64,000 bases of DNA, taken from the human T2T-CHM13v2.0 reference genome, Homo sapiens. Under the pieces are notes generated by a model that did no database searches, was not told the DNA's origin, and saw only the letters and a list, made by a program, of their open reading frames with translations. Positions 25,228-39,170 of this stretch are shown here, piece after piece. The number at the start of each line of letters is the position of its first letter. Position 1 is the first letter of the stretch. The position numbers and the translations under genes were made by a program. Location: the NCBI RefSeq assembly GCF_009914755.1, contig NC_060925.1, one strand, 5' to 3'.

Positions 25228-26335
25228 CTTAGGTCCCATCTGGAAAATGGAATGGAGTATGCAGGGCTACTGGGGAGTGGGGTTAGAGGGAGGCAAAGTG
25301 GGGAGTGGTTAGAAGCGAAGGCTTTGACACCAGGCAGCTGGGAGTGGACCTCATGCCCACCCTTTCCTGGCTATGTGAACCTAGGCAAATAACTTCATCT
25401 CTTGAGCCTCAGTTTCAGCCTCTGCAAAATGGTCAGGTACTCATCTCACAGTGTTGTTGTGGAGATTAAGTAATATAATACTTATATATTTATACTTACA
25501 TATTTAGATATACATAAATATATATTTATATATTACATATATATCATTTTGCATATACAGTAAGCCCTCTGTCAATAACCGCTATTACTACTGCTACTAT
25601 TATTCCATAGAAGGAAATAACAAATGAAGAGGTAAAGAAAATCAAGAATGAAAATACTTTTCTTCTCCTGTGCTTGACTGAGATTTTTGAACCCAATAGA
25701 CAGAGGAGGGAATGCCTTTAGAATATATCATTCAAAGCACAAGAAATGGTTGTTTTCCAACCAAAACCCCCAGAAAAGTATTCTAAGAAATCTCACATAC
25801 ACATATTTGCTTTAATCAAAATCCAACTAATGTGATTACCAAGCCCCCAGGGCTGCTCCCGGTTCATTTCCCCTCTGCAGGCTTCCCAGGCAGAATTCCC
25901 ACCTCAGAGCCCAAAATCCCGCCAAGTGGGGAACCGACAGCTCAGAAAATTGCAAGAATCCTGTGATTTAAAGAAATGCACAGCACGGAAGCTAAGTAAG
26001 CTCCTGGATTCTCTCTGCCTCCCACTTCTTCCCCAGGTGGCTCCTCGAAGGAGCACAGTCGTGTGTCAGGAAGCAGGAGGTGCACAGTGTAGAAGCACAG
26101 GCTCTGGGTCAGGTTCCCTGGGTCCAAAGCCCAGCCTCCTCCCCTCCTGGAGGCGACCCTGAGCCAATATTTTGACCTCTTCAAGCCTCAGTTTCCCCAT
26201 CCGCAAATGGGGGTCATCAGAGTCTCTGCTTCCTGAGCTGCTGGTGGTGATGAAGGAGATGGAGTGTGCAAATCACACAGCAAGACACTCTCACAGGGAA
26301 TGCCACATGCACCCTCTGAGCCCACTGACACTCAC

Positions 26336-26723
26336 TGTATTAGTCTGTCTTCACACTGCTGTAAAGACATAGCCGAGAATGGGTAATTTATCAGGAAAAG
26401 AGGTTTAATTGACTCACAGTTCTGCATGGCTGAGGAGGCCTCAGGAAACTTACACTCACGGCGGAAGGAGAATGGGAAGCGAGGCACCCTCTTCACAGGG
26501 CAGCGGGAAGGAGCAGTGCCGAGTGAAGCAGGAAGAGCCCCTTATGAAACCATTAGATCTCGTGAGAACTCACTCACTATCACGAGAACAGCATGGGGGA
26601 AACAAGCCCCGTGATTCAGTTACCTCCACCTGGTCTCTCCCTTGACACGCGCAGATTATGGGGATTATGGTGATTACAATTCAAGATGAGATTTGGGTTG
26701 GGACACAAAGCCTAACCATATCA
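26336..26723 (-). mobile_element. THE1D-like MaLR solo LTR
   Basis: TGTATTAGTCTG..GGGACACAAAGCCTAACCATATCA; perfect TSD CTCAC. Confidence 0.9.
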
Positions 26724-26734
26724 CTCACCCTCCC

Positions 26735-27100
26735 TGCACAGCCAATGGCTTCCCACTTCAAGCCTCTGTGTGTCCTTGGCCAGAGACCTCACTGCAACAG
26801 GCCTTTCAGCACTTTCGTAGGAATAAAGAAGGGTTGGTGGATATATACCCAGCCTCTTTGCTCCTCACCTGGGCAACATGAAGTCTGTTCTATCAATTAT
26901 CCCAGCAGTCCCCAGGAGAGTGAACCCCAGTTGCCCACAACAGTCATTCTGCCCATCAATATCCCCTGTATTGGCTTCCTTCCCTCACCCTCTCCAACTT
27001 CGTTTCTTCCAACCAGTGTTCCTGGTATCACCTTCCAAGTAAACTATTTGCACTCATGTCGCATCTCCGGGCCTGCTCCTGAGGAAAACAACCTAAGACA
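26735..27100 (+). mobile_element. LTR16-like ERVL LTR
   Basis: CCCCAGTTGCCCACA..ATTGGCTTCCTTCCCT..AAGTAAACTATTTGCACTCA..CCTAAGACA. Confidence 0.6.
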
Positions 27101-27212
27101 GTGCTCAATGTCAGCCATTAATAAAAATAGGAATACTTATGATGCAGTAGCCTCTTGAGTCTGAGCTCCCAGCAGAGCATCTAGTTTATGTCCAGTCCGA
27201 AGTTCAAGAGAA

Positions 27213-27342
27213 GCCAGGCATCGTGGTGCACCCCCATGGTCCCAGCTACTCAGGAGGCTGAGGTGGGAGGATCACTTGAGCCCAGGACTCTGAGGCCAGC
27301 CTGGGCAACACAGTGAGACCCCATCTCTAAAAAATAAAAATA
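27213..27342 (+). mobile_element. FLAM Alu monomer
   Basis: Single monomer with A tail. Confidence 0.85.
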
Positions 27343-27865
27343 ACGCTCCAGAGGTGAAGGTGGCAACTAAGGATTACCTACAGAGACAATAAAAGACTTT
27401 TTTTGTTGTTTGGTTCTTGTTTTCCAAAGATTTCTAGAAGCAGAAATGAGTTGGCCAGACCCTGTTGGAAGTGGAAACAAAACCTGTTTTAGAGTGAACC
27501 AAAGTACCCCCTGAAGGTATTGTATTGCAGCAGATCTATCTAACGAGATGTGTAGTAAACTTTTCCTCAATCTGCAGGTGGATGTGCTTCCTAAGAAGTA
27601 CCGCCTTGCCCTGTTCCAGGTCTGTCTTGTGCTCCCAGGAAACTGCAGGAAGACAATTCACGCTGATTCTTTAAGACAGGGCTTTCTCTTTGGTTCTCAA
27701 TTGTGAAATCTTGACTGTACTGAATGTGAACAATTTTCCCTTAAGGTCAAGTTCTGAGGATGGCCCCTCCACATCTCGTTGCAAATCGTAACTAGAAGTG
27801 TTATTTCTCATTTGTTTATTTATCACATATTTATCTGGGGCCAAGGACGGGAGAGACACAGTTAT

Positions 27866-28314
27866 TGAGGTAGGAGGCAGAGCTCCAACATTGGACCAAA
27901 TTGAGGACTAGCTGAAACAGGGTCAAGGTAGAAGCAGCTTTCCATAAGACACGCCCACCCGTGTGCACTGTCAGTTTACCATTGCCATGGCAACACCTGG
28001 GCGTTACCACCTTTTTCCATGGCAATGACCCAATGACCCAAAAATTACTAGCCCTTCCCTAGAATTTTCTGCATAAACCACCCCTTAATCTGCATATAAT
28101 TAGATGTGGGTATAAGTATGACTGCAAAACTGCCCCGAGTTGCTACTCTCTGCCTACGGGGCATCCCTGCTCTGTGGGAGCAGTCATAGAGCTGTAACAC
28201 TGCCTCTTCAATAAAGCTGTTTTCTTCTACCACTGGCTTGCCCTTGAATTCTTTCCTGAACAAAGCCAAGAACCTTCATGGGCTAAGCTCCACTTTGGGG
28301 CTTTGCCTGCATTA
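27866..28314 (+). mobile_element. MER66-like ERV1 solo LTR
   Basis: TGAGGTAGGAGGC..GCCTGCATTA; perfect 4-bp TSD TTAT; colinear with the 10689-11167 copy. Confidence 0.8.
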
Positions 28315-28559
28315 TTATGAAGGCTTTTAAAATGGGTGTCTGGCAGAAGGAGATTTTAGACGTTAGTTTCACTCAAATGTACTAGGGAATGTTGGGGAGG
28401 AAAGGAAGGCGGCTGGACAGACAGCTGGGGGCACAGACATTTGGAGGCCAAGTGAGGAAGAGGAAACCTGTGCCAGCCAACAGGGTGGAAGGATTACCAG
28501 TGAAGTCAAAGGAGGAGGACATCAAAGTGGTGGAGATGGGTTGGGGAAATTTTTCACTA

Positions 28560-29400
28560 TCAAATTGGAAAAAGTTCTAATAACAATTCACAGTGTTGTT
28601 GAAGACATAAGGTAAGGAAATAAGCCCTTTTTTTTTTTTTTTTTGAGACAGAGTCTCACTCTGTCACCCAGGCTGGAGTGTAGTGGTGTGATCTTGACTC
28701 ACAGCAACCTCTGCCTCCCAGGTTCAAGCGATTCTTCTGCCTCAGCTTCTTGAGTAGCTGGGTCTACAGGCACATGCCACCACGCCTGGCTAAATTTTGT
28801 ATTTTTAGTAGAGACGGGATTTCACCATATTGGCCAGGCTGGTCTCAAACTCCTGACCTTGTGATCCACCCGCCTCGGCTTCCCAAAGTGCTGGGACTAC
28901 AGGTACGAGCCACTGTGCCCGGCTGAAATAAGCACTTTCTAACATGACTGGTGGGAGTATAATTTGACATAATTTTTTGGAAGGCAATTTAGTAATGTGT
29001 ATCCAAAGCCTTTAAAATACGTACACCCTTTCTGAGCAATTTTACTCTCAGTCATTTATCATTAGATTTCACTTCTTTTTTGTCATTTTGTGTCTAACAG
29101 GGAAAATTGGGAATAATGTAAATATTAATACATTCTAAAAAATACCAACAATAAGCAGTTGGTTAAATAAATTATGGGTTTTTAAAATCCAGACTGTGAA
29201 ATATCAGGAAGGTGTTAAAATTGATGGTGAGAATGTTTGTAGACATGAGAAAAGATTCAACGATATATCAAGTAGAAAAGCAACTCATGTAATCATAGGT
29301 TGAGTAGGATCTCAAATTTCTTTCCAGTCATTAATATATATTTATTAAAGTCTATGAGAACTAAAACACAGTATCAAAGAGGATCTTCTTGGTGATAGAT
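28560..29400 (+). mobile_element. Old L1ME fragment interrupted by an Alu
   Basis: GGTGGGAGTATAATTTG..TTTTGGAAGGCAATTTAGTAAT..GGTTAAATAAATTATGG. Confidence 0.6.
28627..28924 (-). mobile_element. AluS
   Basis: Antisense dimer; GAAATAAGC on both sides. Confidence 0.93.
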
Positions 29401-29613
29401 AGTGAGGGTGTCTGTGGGGTGGGGCATCAGCTTCCAAGAGGTTCCTAGTGCTGCCTTCACATCATGCCCACCCCAATTGTGTCAACGTCTCCCAACTCTC
29501 TTCTAACACACCTTCCCTATTGCAGAGATTGGGAAACCCAGAGCAAAAACACTATATTTCCCAGGCTCCCTTGCAGCTCAGTAGCCTCAGTAATCTTGCA
29601 AGTTTAAAAATAC

Positions 29614-29935
29614 TGCTACGGACTAAATTTTACCCCCCCAAAATTCACATATTAAAACCCTAACCCCCAGTGTGATGCTATAGGAAATGAGGCCTTTGGG
29701 AGGTTTAGATAAGGCCATGATCGGGGGACCCTCATGATGGGATTAGTGCCCTTATAATAAGAGACACCAGAGACAAAGGGAGAAGGTGGCTGTCTGCAAA
29801 TCATGAAGGGAGCCCTCACCAGGAACAAAATCAGCAGTCACCTTGATCTTGGACTTCCCAGCCTCCAGAATTGTGAGAGATAAATGTCTGTTGTTTAAAC
29901 CACCCTCTCTATGGTAGCCCAAGTAAACTAATATA
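29614..29935 (+). mobile_element. MLT1A-like LTR, apparently within an older LTR33-like element (~29500-30430)
   Basis: AAAATTCACATATTAAAACCCTAACCCCCAGTG..GGACTTCCCAGCCTCCAGAATTGTGAG; flank CTATATTTCCCAGGCTCCCTTGCAGC. Confidence 0.75.
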
Positions 29936-30714
29936 AATACCATGTCTGTGTTTTATGTGGCAAGCCAGTCTTCTGATGTCTGATTATCTTCCACTGCTTA
30001 AAGGTAAACTTCTTTTCTAAATGCTATGACCTCCTCCTTTTACACAGGGCTAGGCTACTTTGGCTATTTCTGTCTGGTTGCTCACAGCCCCACTTACAGG
30101 GGGTTCCAGTGACCTGGAGTTGAGTGGCAGGGTTCAGGGCCCCAATTTTGCTGGTGTAAATGGTGGCAGCTGCACCCTAATTTGGCAGCACGTTCAGGGC
30201 AGTGTGATTGGGAGTCCGTAGCTGTAAGAGCAGCCTCCTGATTTCACAAGTGGCTTCCTGACCACAGAGGAGACGACCTCCCTTTTGGTGGCCAGTTCTG
30301 CCATGTGACTGTAGGGCTCAATCCTCAAAGCTCAAGTGGAAGTTTGGGCCTTTAGCCCCCAGTGATTCTGTAGATCACTGAAGACTCTGCAAAATAGCCC
30401 TTCTCTGCTCTAAAACTGGCCCTAGTGTCCTTGTCTTGTTTCCCCGGCACAGGGGATGTGGAGTTGGGATCACCCTTCCTCTCTGCTCTGTTTTTATTGC
30501 ACAAAATTCAAACCCAGCTTCCTTTGGGACTTCCCTCTTCATCCTCAAAAATCCCAACAGTGACTATTCCTGTCTCTGGGCTCCAGCCATAATTAACCCT
30601 CTTGCAAAGCGAGCCTTCTACCTGACCAGGATGGGTTGGCTACAAGGAGGGATGGGTCTGGCGAGGGAGTGCAGACAAAGTCACAAAGATCCTATTTCAA
30701 AAATCTAGAACACC

Positions 30715-30800
30715 AGCCTGGTGGCTTGAGCTTGTAGTCCAAGCTACTTAGGAGGCTGGGGCAGGAGAAATTTGAGACTAGCCTGGGCAACATAGTGAGA
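30715..30800 (+). mobile_element. FLAM/Alu fragment
   Basis: TGTAGTCCAAGCTACTTAGGAGGCTG..AGCCTGGGCAACATAGTGAGA. Confidence 0.75.
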
Positions 30801-31019
30801 TAGGGAGACCCCCAGATCACCATATCTGAGTTTTTCTGATATTTAGAAATGGTCATGTATTGCTGATACACAAAAGAAGTTTCTGAAGTAAAGATTTAAC
30901 ATGTGAAGGTGAGACAAGGGACAGCTGTGCCAGCCACAGAATAAATTCTAGGCATCCACTCCCTGAAAAAGAGGTGGTTGGGTTTGGCTGTTGGGTCCTT
31001 GGTGAGTCCTCCAGGTATG

Positions 31020-31335
31020 TGCTGTCCCATACCATGGTCACTTGGCCACATGTGGCTACTGAGCGCTTAAAATGCGGCTAATTCGTATAGACATGTGCTA
31101 TAAATGCAAAATACACATCGGATTTTAAAGACTTTGTACAAAAAAAAGAAAGTGAAATATCTCATTAATAATGTTTATGTTGATTACATGTTACATGTTG
31201 AAATGATGATAGTTTGGCTATATTGGGTTAAATGAAATATGTTATTAAAATTTATTTCACCTGTTCCTTTTCCAGTTTTGAACGTGGCTAGTAGAAAATG
31301 TTAAATTCCATATGTGGCTCACATCCTATTTCTAC
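31020..31335. mobile_element. MER33/MER3-like hAT-Charlie element
   Basis: GGCCACATGTGGCTACTGAGC..TATTGGGTTAAAT..ATATGTGGCTCACA. Confidence 0.8.
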
Positions 31336-31458
31336 CATCTGTGCTACCCAAGAGCATCCCAGGGACCGGGGAGGAACAAGAGCCCCAGCTTAAGATCAGG
31401 GAATGAATATCTTAAAAGCAGACAAAGATGGGGTGGAGAGGGAGCATGGAGAAGGCAG

Positions 31459-31490
31459 TTTTTTTTTTTTGTTTTTGTTTTTGTTTTTGT

Positions 31491-31521
<31 letters not shown>

Positions 31522-31542
31522 GTTTTGTTTTGTTTTGTTTTT
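31459..31542. repeat. T13(GT5)n(GT4)n compound microsatellite
   Basis: Seen directly; no adjoining Alu body. Confidence 0.95.
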
Positions 31543-32599
31543 CAGAAAATTGGCAGTAAATTCATAAAAGAACATGGACAAATACCTAGAAGAGGAGAGA
31601 GGATCCAAGATGAGGAAATCTAAGAATACTGGCTGAAAATTTGAGCGCAAGAGAGGGGAGAGCAAATATATTTGAGAGGAAGAATATATTGAGCCAGTCC
31701 CAAAATGGGGGATGGAAGATGGGGGCAGACATTAAAATTCCTACCGAGGAAGAACATTTATGGGCATTATTCTCTTAACTGAAACAGCAGTCTAAAACAG
31801 TACAATGCAAGACAATATGTTACGTGTTGTAATATACCCTTAGAAAAAGGCTGAGAATAAATTGCCAAAAGCATTAGCAGTCTGTGCGCGGTAGGATTAC
31901 TATATTCCCCCGTGTGGGTTTTTCTGTGTCTGTCTTCCAGCTCTCCTTCACTGCGCAGGTATTGATCATGTAATTAGGAAAACAAATAAAAATTTTTAAG
32001 ACCCCAAGAGGCCCGGGAAGCTTCTGCATCGGAGAAGGGCACACAGAAAGCAATTGTTCCGCGTTCCCGGGGGTCACCCCAGACCCCACCCTAGGCTTAT
32101 GGAATCTGAATCTTGGAGTAGGGGCTCCCCATTGGCTTTGAAGGAAGCCCGTTCGGGAAGCTGGCACAGAGCTTCATCAACCTGCCTGGAGTACAATAAT
32201 GCTTTGTAATACAGACGTGGGCCTTGGGTCCTTCATTCTCTTAGCTCGATGGCCCCTCCCGGGTTGCTGGCTCAGCAGCCAGTTCTTGGGCAGCAGCTGA
32301 AATGCCTGGGAGGGTTGCTGGGATTAAATCCAATCCCGAGAAACCGAGAGCCCCTCAACCAGGGCTGAGGCTGAGAGAACGGGGTGCATGACCACCTTGC
32401 CAGAGACTGCAGGTGCCTCAGAACTGCCTGTTGCTTTCAAGTCCTCATGACCTCTGGCCTTTAATCCCCTGCTTCTTGGCAGGGACTTATTTGGATTGCT
32501 ATGTCCTACGTTGAGTTCAGGATGAAATGAGTCTACAGAGAATTTAGGGAGCACTGAAGATGCGACTAGTGCTGGGGAGACAGTGGACAAGCCCCATCC

Positions 32600-32760
32600 C
32601 ATTTAATCTTCATGCCGTCCCTGTAGACGACATCTATTACCATCCCATCTTACAGTTGAGGAAACTGAGACTCAGAGAGTTAATTGCCCAAGGAAATTAA
32701 GGCCCCAGGCTGATAGCTAAGCAACAAAGTTGAGCTTGAACCTAAGTGTGTTCACTGCAC
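32600..32760 (-). mobile_element. MIR
   Basis: CATCCCATCTTACAGTTGAGGAAACTGAGACTCAGAGAGTTAATTGCCCAAGG. Confidence 0.8.
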
Positions 32761-33579
32761 AGCCTGCCCTGAGCCTTCTTATTTACCTGCCTTGGCCATC
32801 GGTGTACACATTTGAGAGTCACATGGATGCAGGGTTTGGACTGGAGGGAAGAGCAGAATTTAGTCTGTGTGCCTCTTTCCATCCCCCATGAGAAAGATGG
32901 GGAGAGCCTGGGGTGGCCTCTTAAAGGGAGAGGCTCAGGGGAGGTCCTTTTAAGGAAAGGACTCCTGAGAGGGGCTCAGAAGTTACTGTGCTTAATACTG
33001 CATCATTTTTAACTTGTTGGAACTCACCAGATGAATTACAAAATAAAGCCCCAAATGACAGAATAATGAGCAATTCATTTGAAATGTAAAATAAATAGAT
33101 AAATCTCCAGTGAGAAGGCAGAATAAATGGTATTTGGATGACTTTTGGTGATTAAATTAAACAGTAATGAACCCATGAATAATGTGCCCTGGGATGGCCA
33201 GGGAGGACTAGTTTGTTCCCCAAAGCACGGGACTTCGAGCCCCAGCTGTTCTCACTTCTCAAGTTTAGGAGCCTTGATGGGGGTCATGAACTCCGGGGGT
33301 CGGAGGTGGGCAACCGCCCCATCCACCCCACCAGAGGCTCAGGCTGGAGAGCAGGAACAGCCTTGTGCTTCGGAGAGTCAAGTCCAGGTCTATCAGTGCT
33401 GGAGAACCCTCGAGATCATCTAGTCGATTTTCCTTATTTTGTACATTGGGAAATTCAGTGCCAGAAAGGTCAAGAGAGTTGCCTGAGGGTGACCATCAGA
33501 GCCAAGACTGAGATCCAGGTCTTCTGACTCCCAACACAGAGACCTGGCTGCTAAATCACATCTTCTCTTTAGCCCTGGA

Positions 33580-34552
33580 CAAGCTGGTCTCCAGAGATGA
33601 CCCCCCAATGAACAACACCTCTGATATTCACACCTTTTGTGGTCCCCTCCCCTTATCAGGACAGGGGAGCCTGCGACTTGCTTTTGGCCAACAGGATGTG
33701 ATGGAAGTGATGCTGTGTGACTTTCAAGGCTAGGGCACAGGGAACCTTATCATTTCCACCTAGGAATCTTGGAACCCTAGCTCTAGGGAAAGCCAGTCTC
33801 CATGTAAGATGTCCAGCTATCCCCCATGCTGTGAGGAAGCCCAAGCTAGCAGAGATTCCTGGGAGGCCCCCAGCTGTTCTAGTTATCTCAAAAGAGGAGC
33901 CAGACATGCACATAACGAAGCTGTCTTGGACCTCCACGCTGCTGAGTTTTCGGATGGTTAAGCCCCAGCCACCATCTGGCTATAAGCACATGAGAGATCC
34001 TGATATGGTTTGGATCTATGTCCCTACCAAATCTCATGTTGAATTGTAATCCCCAGTGTTGGAGGTGGGGTCTGGTGGGTAATTAGATCACAGGGGTGGA
34101 GTTCTCATGAATGGCTTAACGTCATTTCCCTGGGTCCTACTCTCATGATAGTGAGTTCTTGTAAGACATGCTTGTTTAAAAAATGTGTAGCACCTTCCCT
34201 GTCTCTCTCTCTTCCTCCTGCTCTGGCCATGTAAGACATACCTGCTCCCCCCTCCGCCTTCTACCATGATTGTAGGTTTCCTGAGGCCTCCCCAGAAGCT
34301 GAGCAGATGCCAGCATCATGCTTTCTGTACAGCCAGCAGAACCGTGTGTCAATTAAACCTCTTTTCTTTATAAATTACCAGTCTCAGGTATTTCTTTATA
34401 GTAATCCAAGAACAGACTAATACAGACCCCAAGAGAGAGCCACCCAGTTGAGTCTAGTCATCCCACAGAAATGTAAGAGTCGATAACACATTGTTGCTGT
34501 AAACTACTGAGTTTTGGGCTGGTTTGTTACACAGCAATTGGTCATCAGAATA
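33580..34552 (+). mobile_element. MLT1E/F-like LTR interrupted by an MST LTR
   Basis: ATTCACACCTTTTGTGGTCCCCTCCC..CCATGCTGTGAGGAAGCCCAAGCTAGC..GTTTGTTACACAGCAAT. Confidence 0.75.
34001..34424 (+). mobile_element. MSTA/B-like MaLR solo LTR
   Basis: TGATATGGTTTGGAT..AACAGACTAATACA; TSD GATCC/GACCC. Confidence 0.9.
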
Positions 34553-34634
34553 TAACTGACTTTCTAAAGAAGGAAAGCTACAGCAGCTGGAGACCAGGGT
34601 CCTCAGGTCCCTCCTTCCAGGTTAAATGTTCGTT

Positions 34635-34659
34635 AAACTTGAACTCTAGATCTTCCATG
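34635..34659. repeat. 25-bp exact direct repeat, copy 1
   Basis: AAACTTGAACTCTAGATCTTCCATG, identical at 36615-36639. Confidence 0.95.
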
Positions 34660-34660
34660 A

Positions 34661-35072
<412 letters not shown>

Positions 35073-35434
35073 TAAGTTCTGCCATGTGAGCAGTTAAGAC
35101 AAAGCTGTGAGAGAAACAGAAATTGATTTTGCTCTCCTGGGACTGACAGTTCCACAGGAGAAACAGACACCAATCTTAGTGACCCTGAGGGTCAAGTTAC
35201 AGAGAAGGAAAAAGTGGTGCAGCCCCCCTCCACTGCCCCCCACCCCCCCACAGACAAACATCCACCCAGCCCTGCTTATCAGGAAGGAGGTGATGTACAA
35301 GAAGTCACCTGGAGTGCCTTATCTAAGGCCCCTTTGGGGAAAGAGTATTAAATTAGAAAACTGCTCATAAGTTACTCATTATAAGTAGGGGTGCATCCTG
35401 CCCAATAAATGGTGGCTAGACATTTGTTTATTTA

Positions 35435-35730
<296 letters not shown>

Positions 35731-36614
35731 GGAGGCTGTTGTTTTTCTTTTATTAGCATTATTATTAATGAAAGAGGAGCTGCTTTAAAACCTTCTTCTA
35801 TTTCTTTCCAAATTAATGGAATCTTTATTGCGAATCTTCTCGCTGCCTGTTTTGTGAGCTGGTGCAAATGATGCTGTCAAAGCCCTTGAAATGTAATGTC
35901 TCAAATTTTCCTCCTCTCAGTTTTCTTCCAATGATGCTTCTTCCAGTCTTCTTAGCTCCACTAGTGGCTCCAGCACCCATGGCTTAGGGGACACAAGGAG
36001 CTGAGAGAAGGGATGTGGCTGGGAGTTAATGGAGTATGGGAAGGGTCAACTTCCAAGCTAAGGAGGACTGGTGGACATCTCGTATCTACAGCCCTTCAGG
36101 GTCCCTGGCAGCACCCACATCCCCCAGGCTGGAGGTGGGTCAGCTTCCTGATAGATCCAGGAGGCTAATTTCTCACTAGGAAGTCAATCCAGACTTCATT
36201 TCTCATTTTGCCACAGGCGGCGGCCAGATGGACGCATTGGGCATTGGTCACTGTGCCGTTGGCGGCTGGGGCATCTCCAGGACGTCTACACTGGGGTTCG
36301 GATGAGTGGGTGTTTACACCCAATCTGTCTTCACCTTGAAACTTACACTTGGAAGACGAGTATGACCTTTCTGAGGCCCTCCTGATCCTCCGTAGTCAAC
36401 CTTCTGTGACTTCCTCCAGTGACAGATGCTCTTGGTCCTGCACCATGTCCCTCAGCACTCACCTCCACACACCAAAGCTGCTGGCTGCAAATACCTCCAA
36501 TTCACTCCCCATGTTCCAGGAAGCAAGGGCACCCCCTGACATGGTGGCCACTCCAGCCTCACCCCGGGCACAGCTTCCGCAAGGACTCTTTGGTGGATTG
36601 ATGAAGGTGGGGTA

Positions 36615-36639
36615 AAACTTGAACTCTAGATCTTCCATG
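36615..36639. repeat. 25-bp exact direct repeat, copy 2
   Basis: Identical to 34635-34659. Confidence 0.95.
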
Positions 36640-36869
36640 TAGACCACCCCAAACTTATCAGCAGCAAGATTTACTCAATCTCATGAATATGACCCCTAAA
36701 GCTCAGAAACCAGGGCCAATGAGGAGGCCACCTCCCTGTTGGTTCACTCATTGAAGGCATATTTACACAGCACCTAATATGTGCCAGGCAATGTGATGGA
36801 TACTAGGAATACAGCAGTGAACAAAACAGCCTCACGCCCTGATCTCCCAGAGGCAAGGCCTTAGAAGGT

Positions 36870-37230
36870 GAGTGTGGCTCACCCCTCCCCTCTCCTTCTC
36901 CTGGGCATGCCGGAAAACTACATTTCCCAGCTCCCCTTGCAGCCAGGGTGGGGCCATCTACCTGGATTCTAGCCAATGAGGTGCAGGTGGAAGTGGGCAC
37001 CACTTCTGGGTCTGACCATAAAACCCCTATAATTTCATCTATACTTTCTCTTCCTCTCTTACACTGACTTCAAGGGCACAAATTTCAGATGGGCAGCATC
37101 ACACAGCAGGATAAGCCTGGATCCTGTACGTCCTGCCTGGAAGAGGGCAGCCAACTGGCATTGACCAATCTACATGAGACTGCAGCTAGAGTAAGAAACA
37201 CAGCTCCCTCATGTTAAGCCACTGCTGACT
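36870..37230 (+). mobile_element. MLT1J-like LTR
   Basis: ACTACATTTCCCAGCTCCCCTTGCAG..TTCTAGCCAATGAG..GTTAAGCCACTG. Confidence 0.7.
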
Positions 37231-37292
37231 AATGAAATAGGCTGGTGACTGAGTGTGGGAAAGTGTATTTTCCAAAGATGGTCAACAATACT

Positions 37293-37648
<356 letters not shown>

Positions 37649-37747
37649 CTATGTCTCCTCCCTTGAATCTGAAGAAACTGTGTGACTGCTTCAATAGAAA
37701 TGATGTTATGTGGCTTCTAAATCTAGGTCATAAAGGGTGAGACAGCC

Positions 37748-38196
37748 TGTGGAGACAAAAGTGACTCTACCTTGGATACTAATCTGCCGTGTTGACTTCT
37801 GATTAGCCCAAGTCCCATGAATGCCTCCTGATCCTACTTTGTTTATTGTCCCTAGTGTAAGAACAAATCAACCATGATGCTATCACATACATGGTGAGCT
37901 GTGATACATATAGCACTCTCACCTGTTCTGGCGGATTGCCTTTAATTGTCTTGCTAGAGCACATACCCCCTTTCCCTGTGGTATATAAGCCTCAGATCTG
38001 AGGAGTGACAGCACGGAGGTCTACCTGTCTTGTGCCTGCCCAAGATCATGCTACTGTCTATAAGTTGCCCAATAAATCACCCTTTACTGGCAAACTAGAT
38101 TTGTCTGCCTCATTCTTAGGTTTCTTGGCTCCTTCTGCATTTGGGGGCCTTTTTTTTTTTTTTTTTTTTTTGCATATATGGCCCTTCCAAAGAACA
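37748..38196 (+). mobile_element. LTR47-like ERVL solo LTR
   Basis: TGTGGAGACAAAAGTGACTC..GTATATAAGCC..AATAAA..AGAACA; TSD CAGCC/CGGCC. Confidence 0.75.
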
Positions 38197-38589
38197 CGGC
38201 CTCTATTCACTTCTCTTGGAATGCTCACTCTTAGAATCCAGCCACCATGCTGTGAGGAAGCCCAAGCAGCCCATGGAGAAACTGACATGGAAAGAAGACG
38301 AGGCCCTTGGCCCATGGCCTCAGCCAAGCTCTCAGCTGAGCCAGAACCAACATACCAGGCAGGTGAGTAGCCCATTTTGAAAGTGGGTGCCCCAGTCCCA
38401 ATGCAGGCTGCCCTGCTAATGCCGCACAGAGCACCCAAATTGAATAAAATAAATGATGTTGTTTTAAGCCACTGAGATTTGGGGTGATCTGTCATGCAAG
38501 CAATATAATGGGGACACAGGCCCTGGAGATCTCCCCACCACACCACCTAAATACTCACAAAAAGTTGCAGAGTTCTTAAAATAATAAAA

Positions 38590-39170
38590 GTTATCATTTA
38601 TTGAATTGTTACTATATGTCAAACACTGTGCCATGTGTTTTATGTGTATTTTCTGACTTAATCCTCCCAACAACCCCATGAGGTCGAAGCTATTATCATC
38701 CTCACCTTACAGAGGAGGAAACAGACTGTAAGTTCTGTAATCTGCCCACTGTTGATGAGGGAGGACCCAGGATCTAAATCCAGGACCTCCTGACTTGACT
38801 CCAGAGCCTGCTCCTTGGCAGCTGCCCCACCTAACACCAAATACAGGTTAAAACAACAACAACAACAACAACAACAGAGCGGATTCTCTGAGACGTTCCC
38901 AATTTCATACCATTGCATTCTTTTTAATACAGGCAATTTTAAATTTTAAACTTATTTAATTTTACACTTAAAATATTTTCCATGAATCAGTATCAAATAC
39001 TGTAGCATCCAGCCTAGCAGTTCTCTGGAGATAGGCTGCATTTGAATCCTGTCCGTGCTACTCACTAGCTGTGTGATGTTAACCTCCCTGTGCCTCAGTT
39101 TCCCCATCTGTACAATGGAGATGATCAGTGCCTATCACACAGGTTGTGGTGGAATGAAATGAATTCGTAG
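38590..39170. mobile_element. Two MIRs (minus ~38590-38820; plus ~39035-39170)
   Basis: TTAATCCTCCCAACAACCCCATGAGG..GAGGAAACAGA; CTAGCTGTGTGA..GCCTCAGTTTCCCCATCTGTA. Confidence 0.75.
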
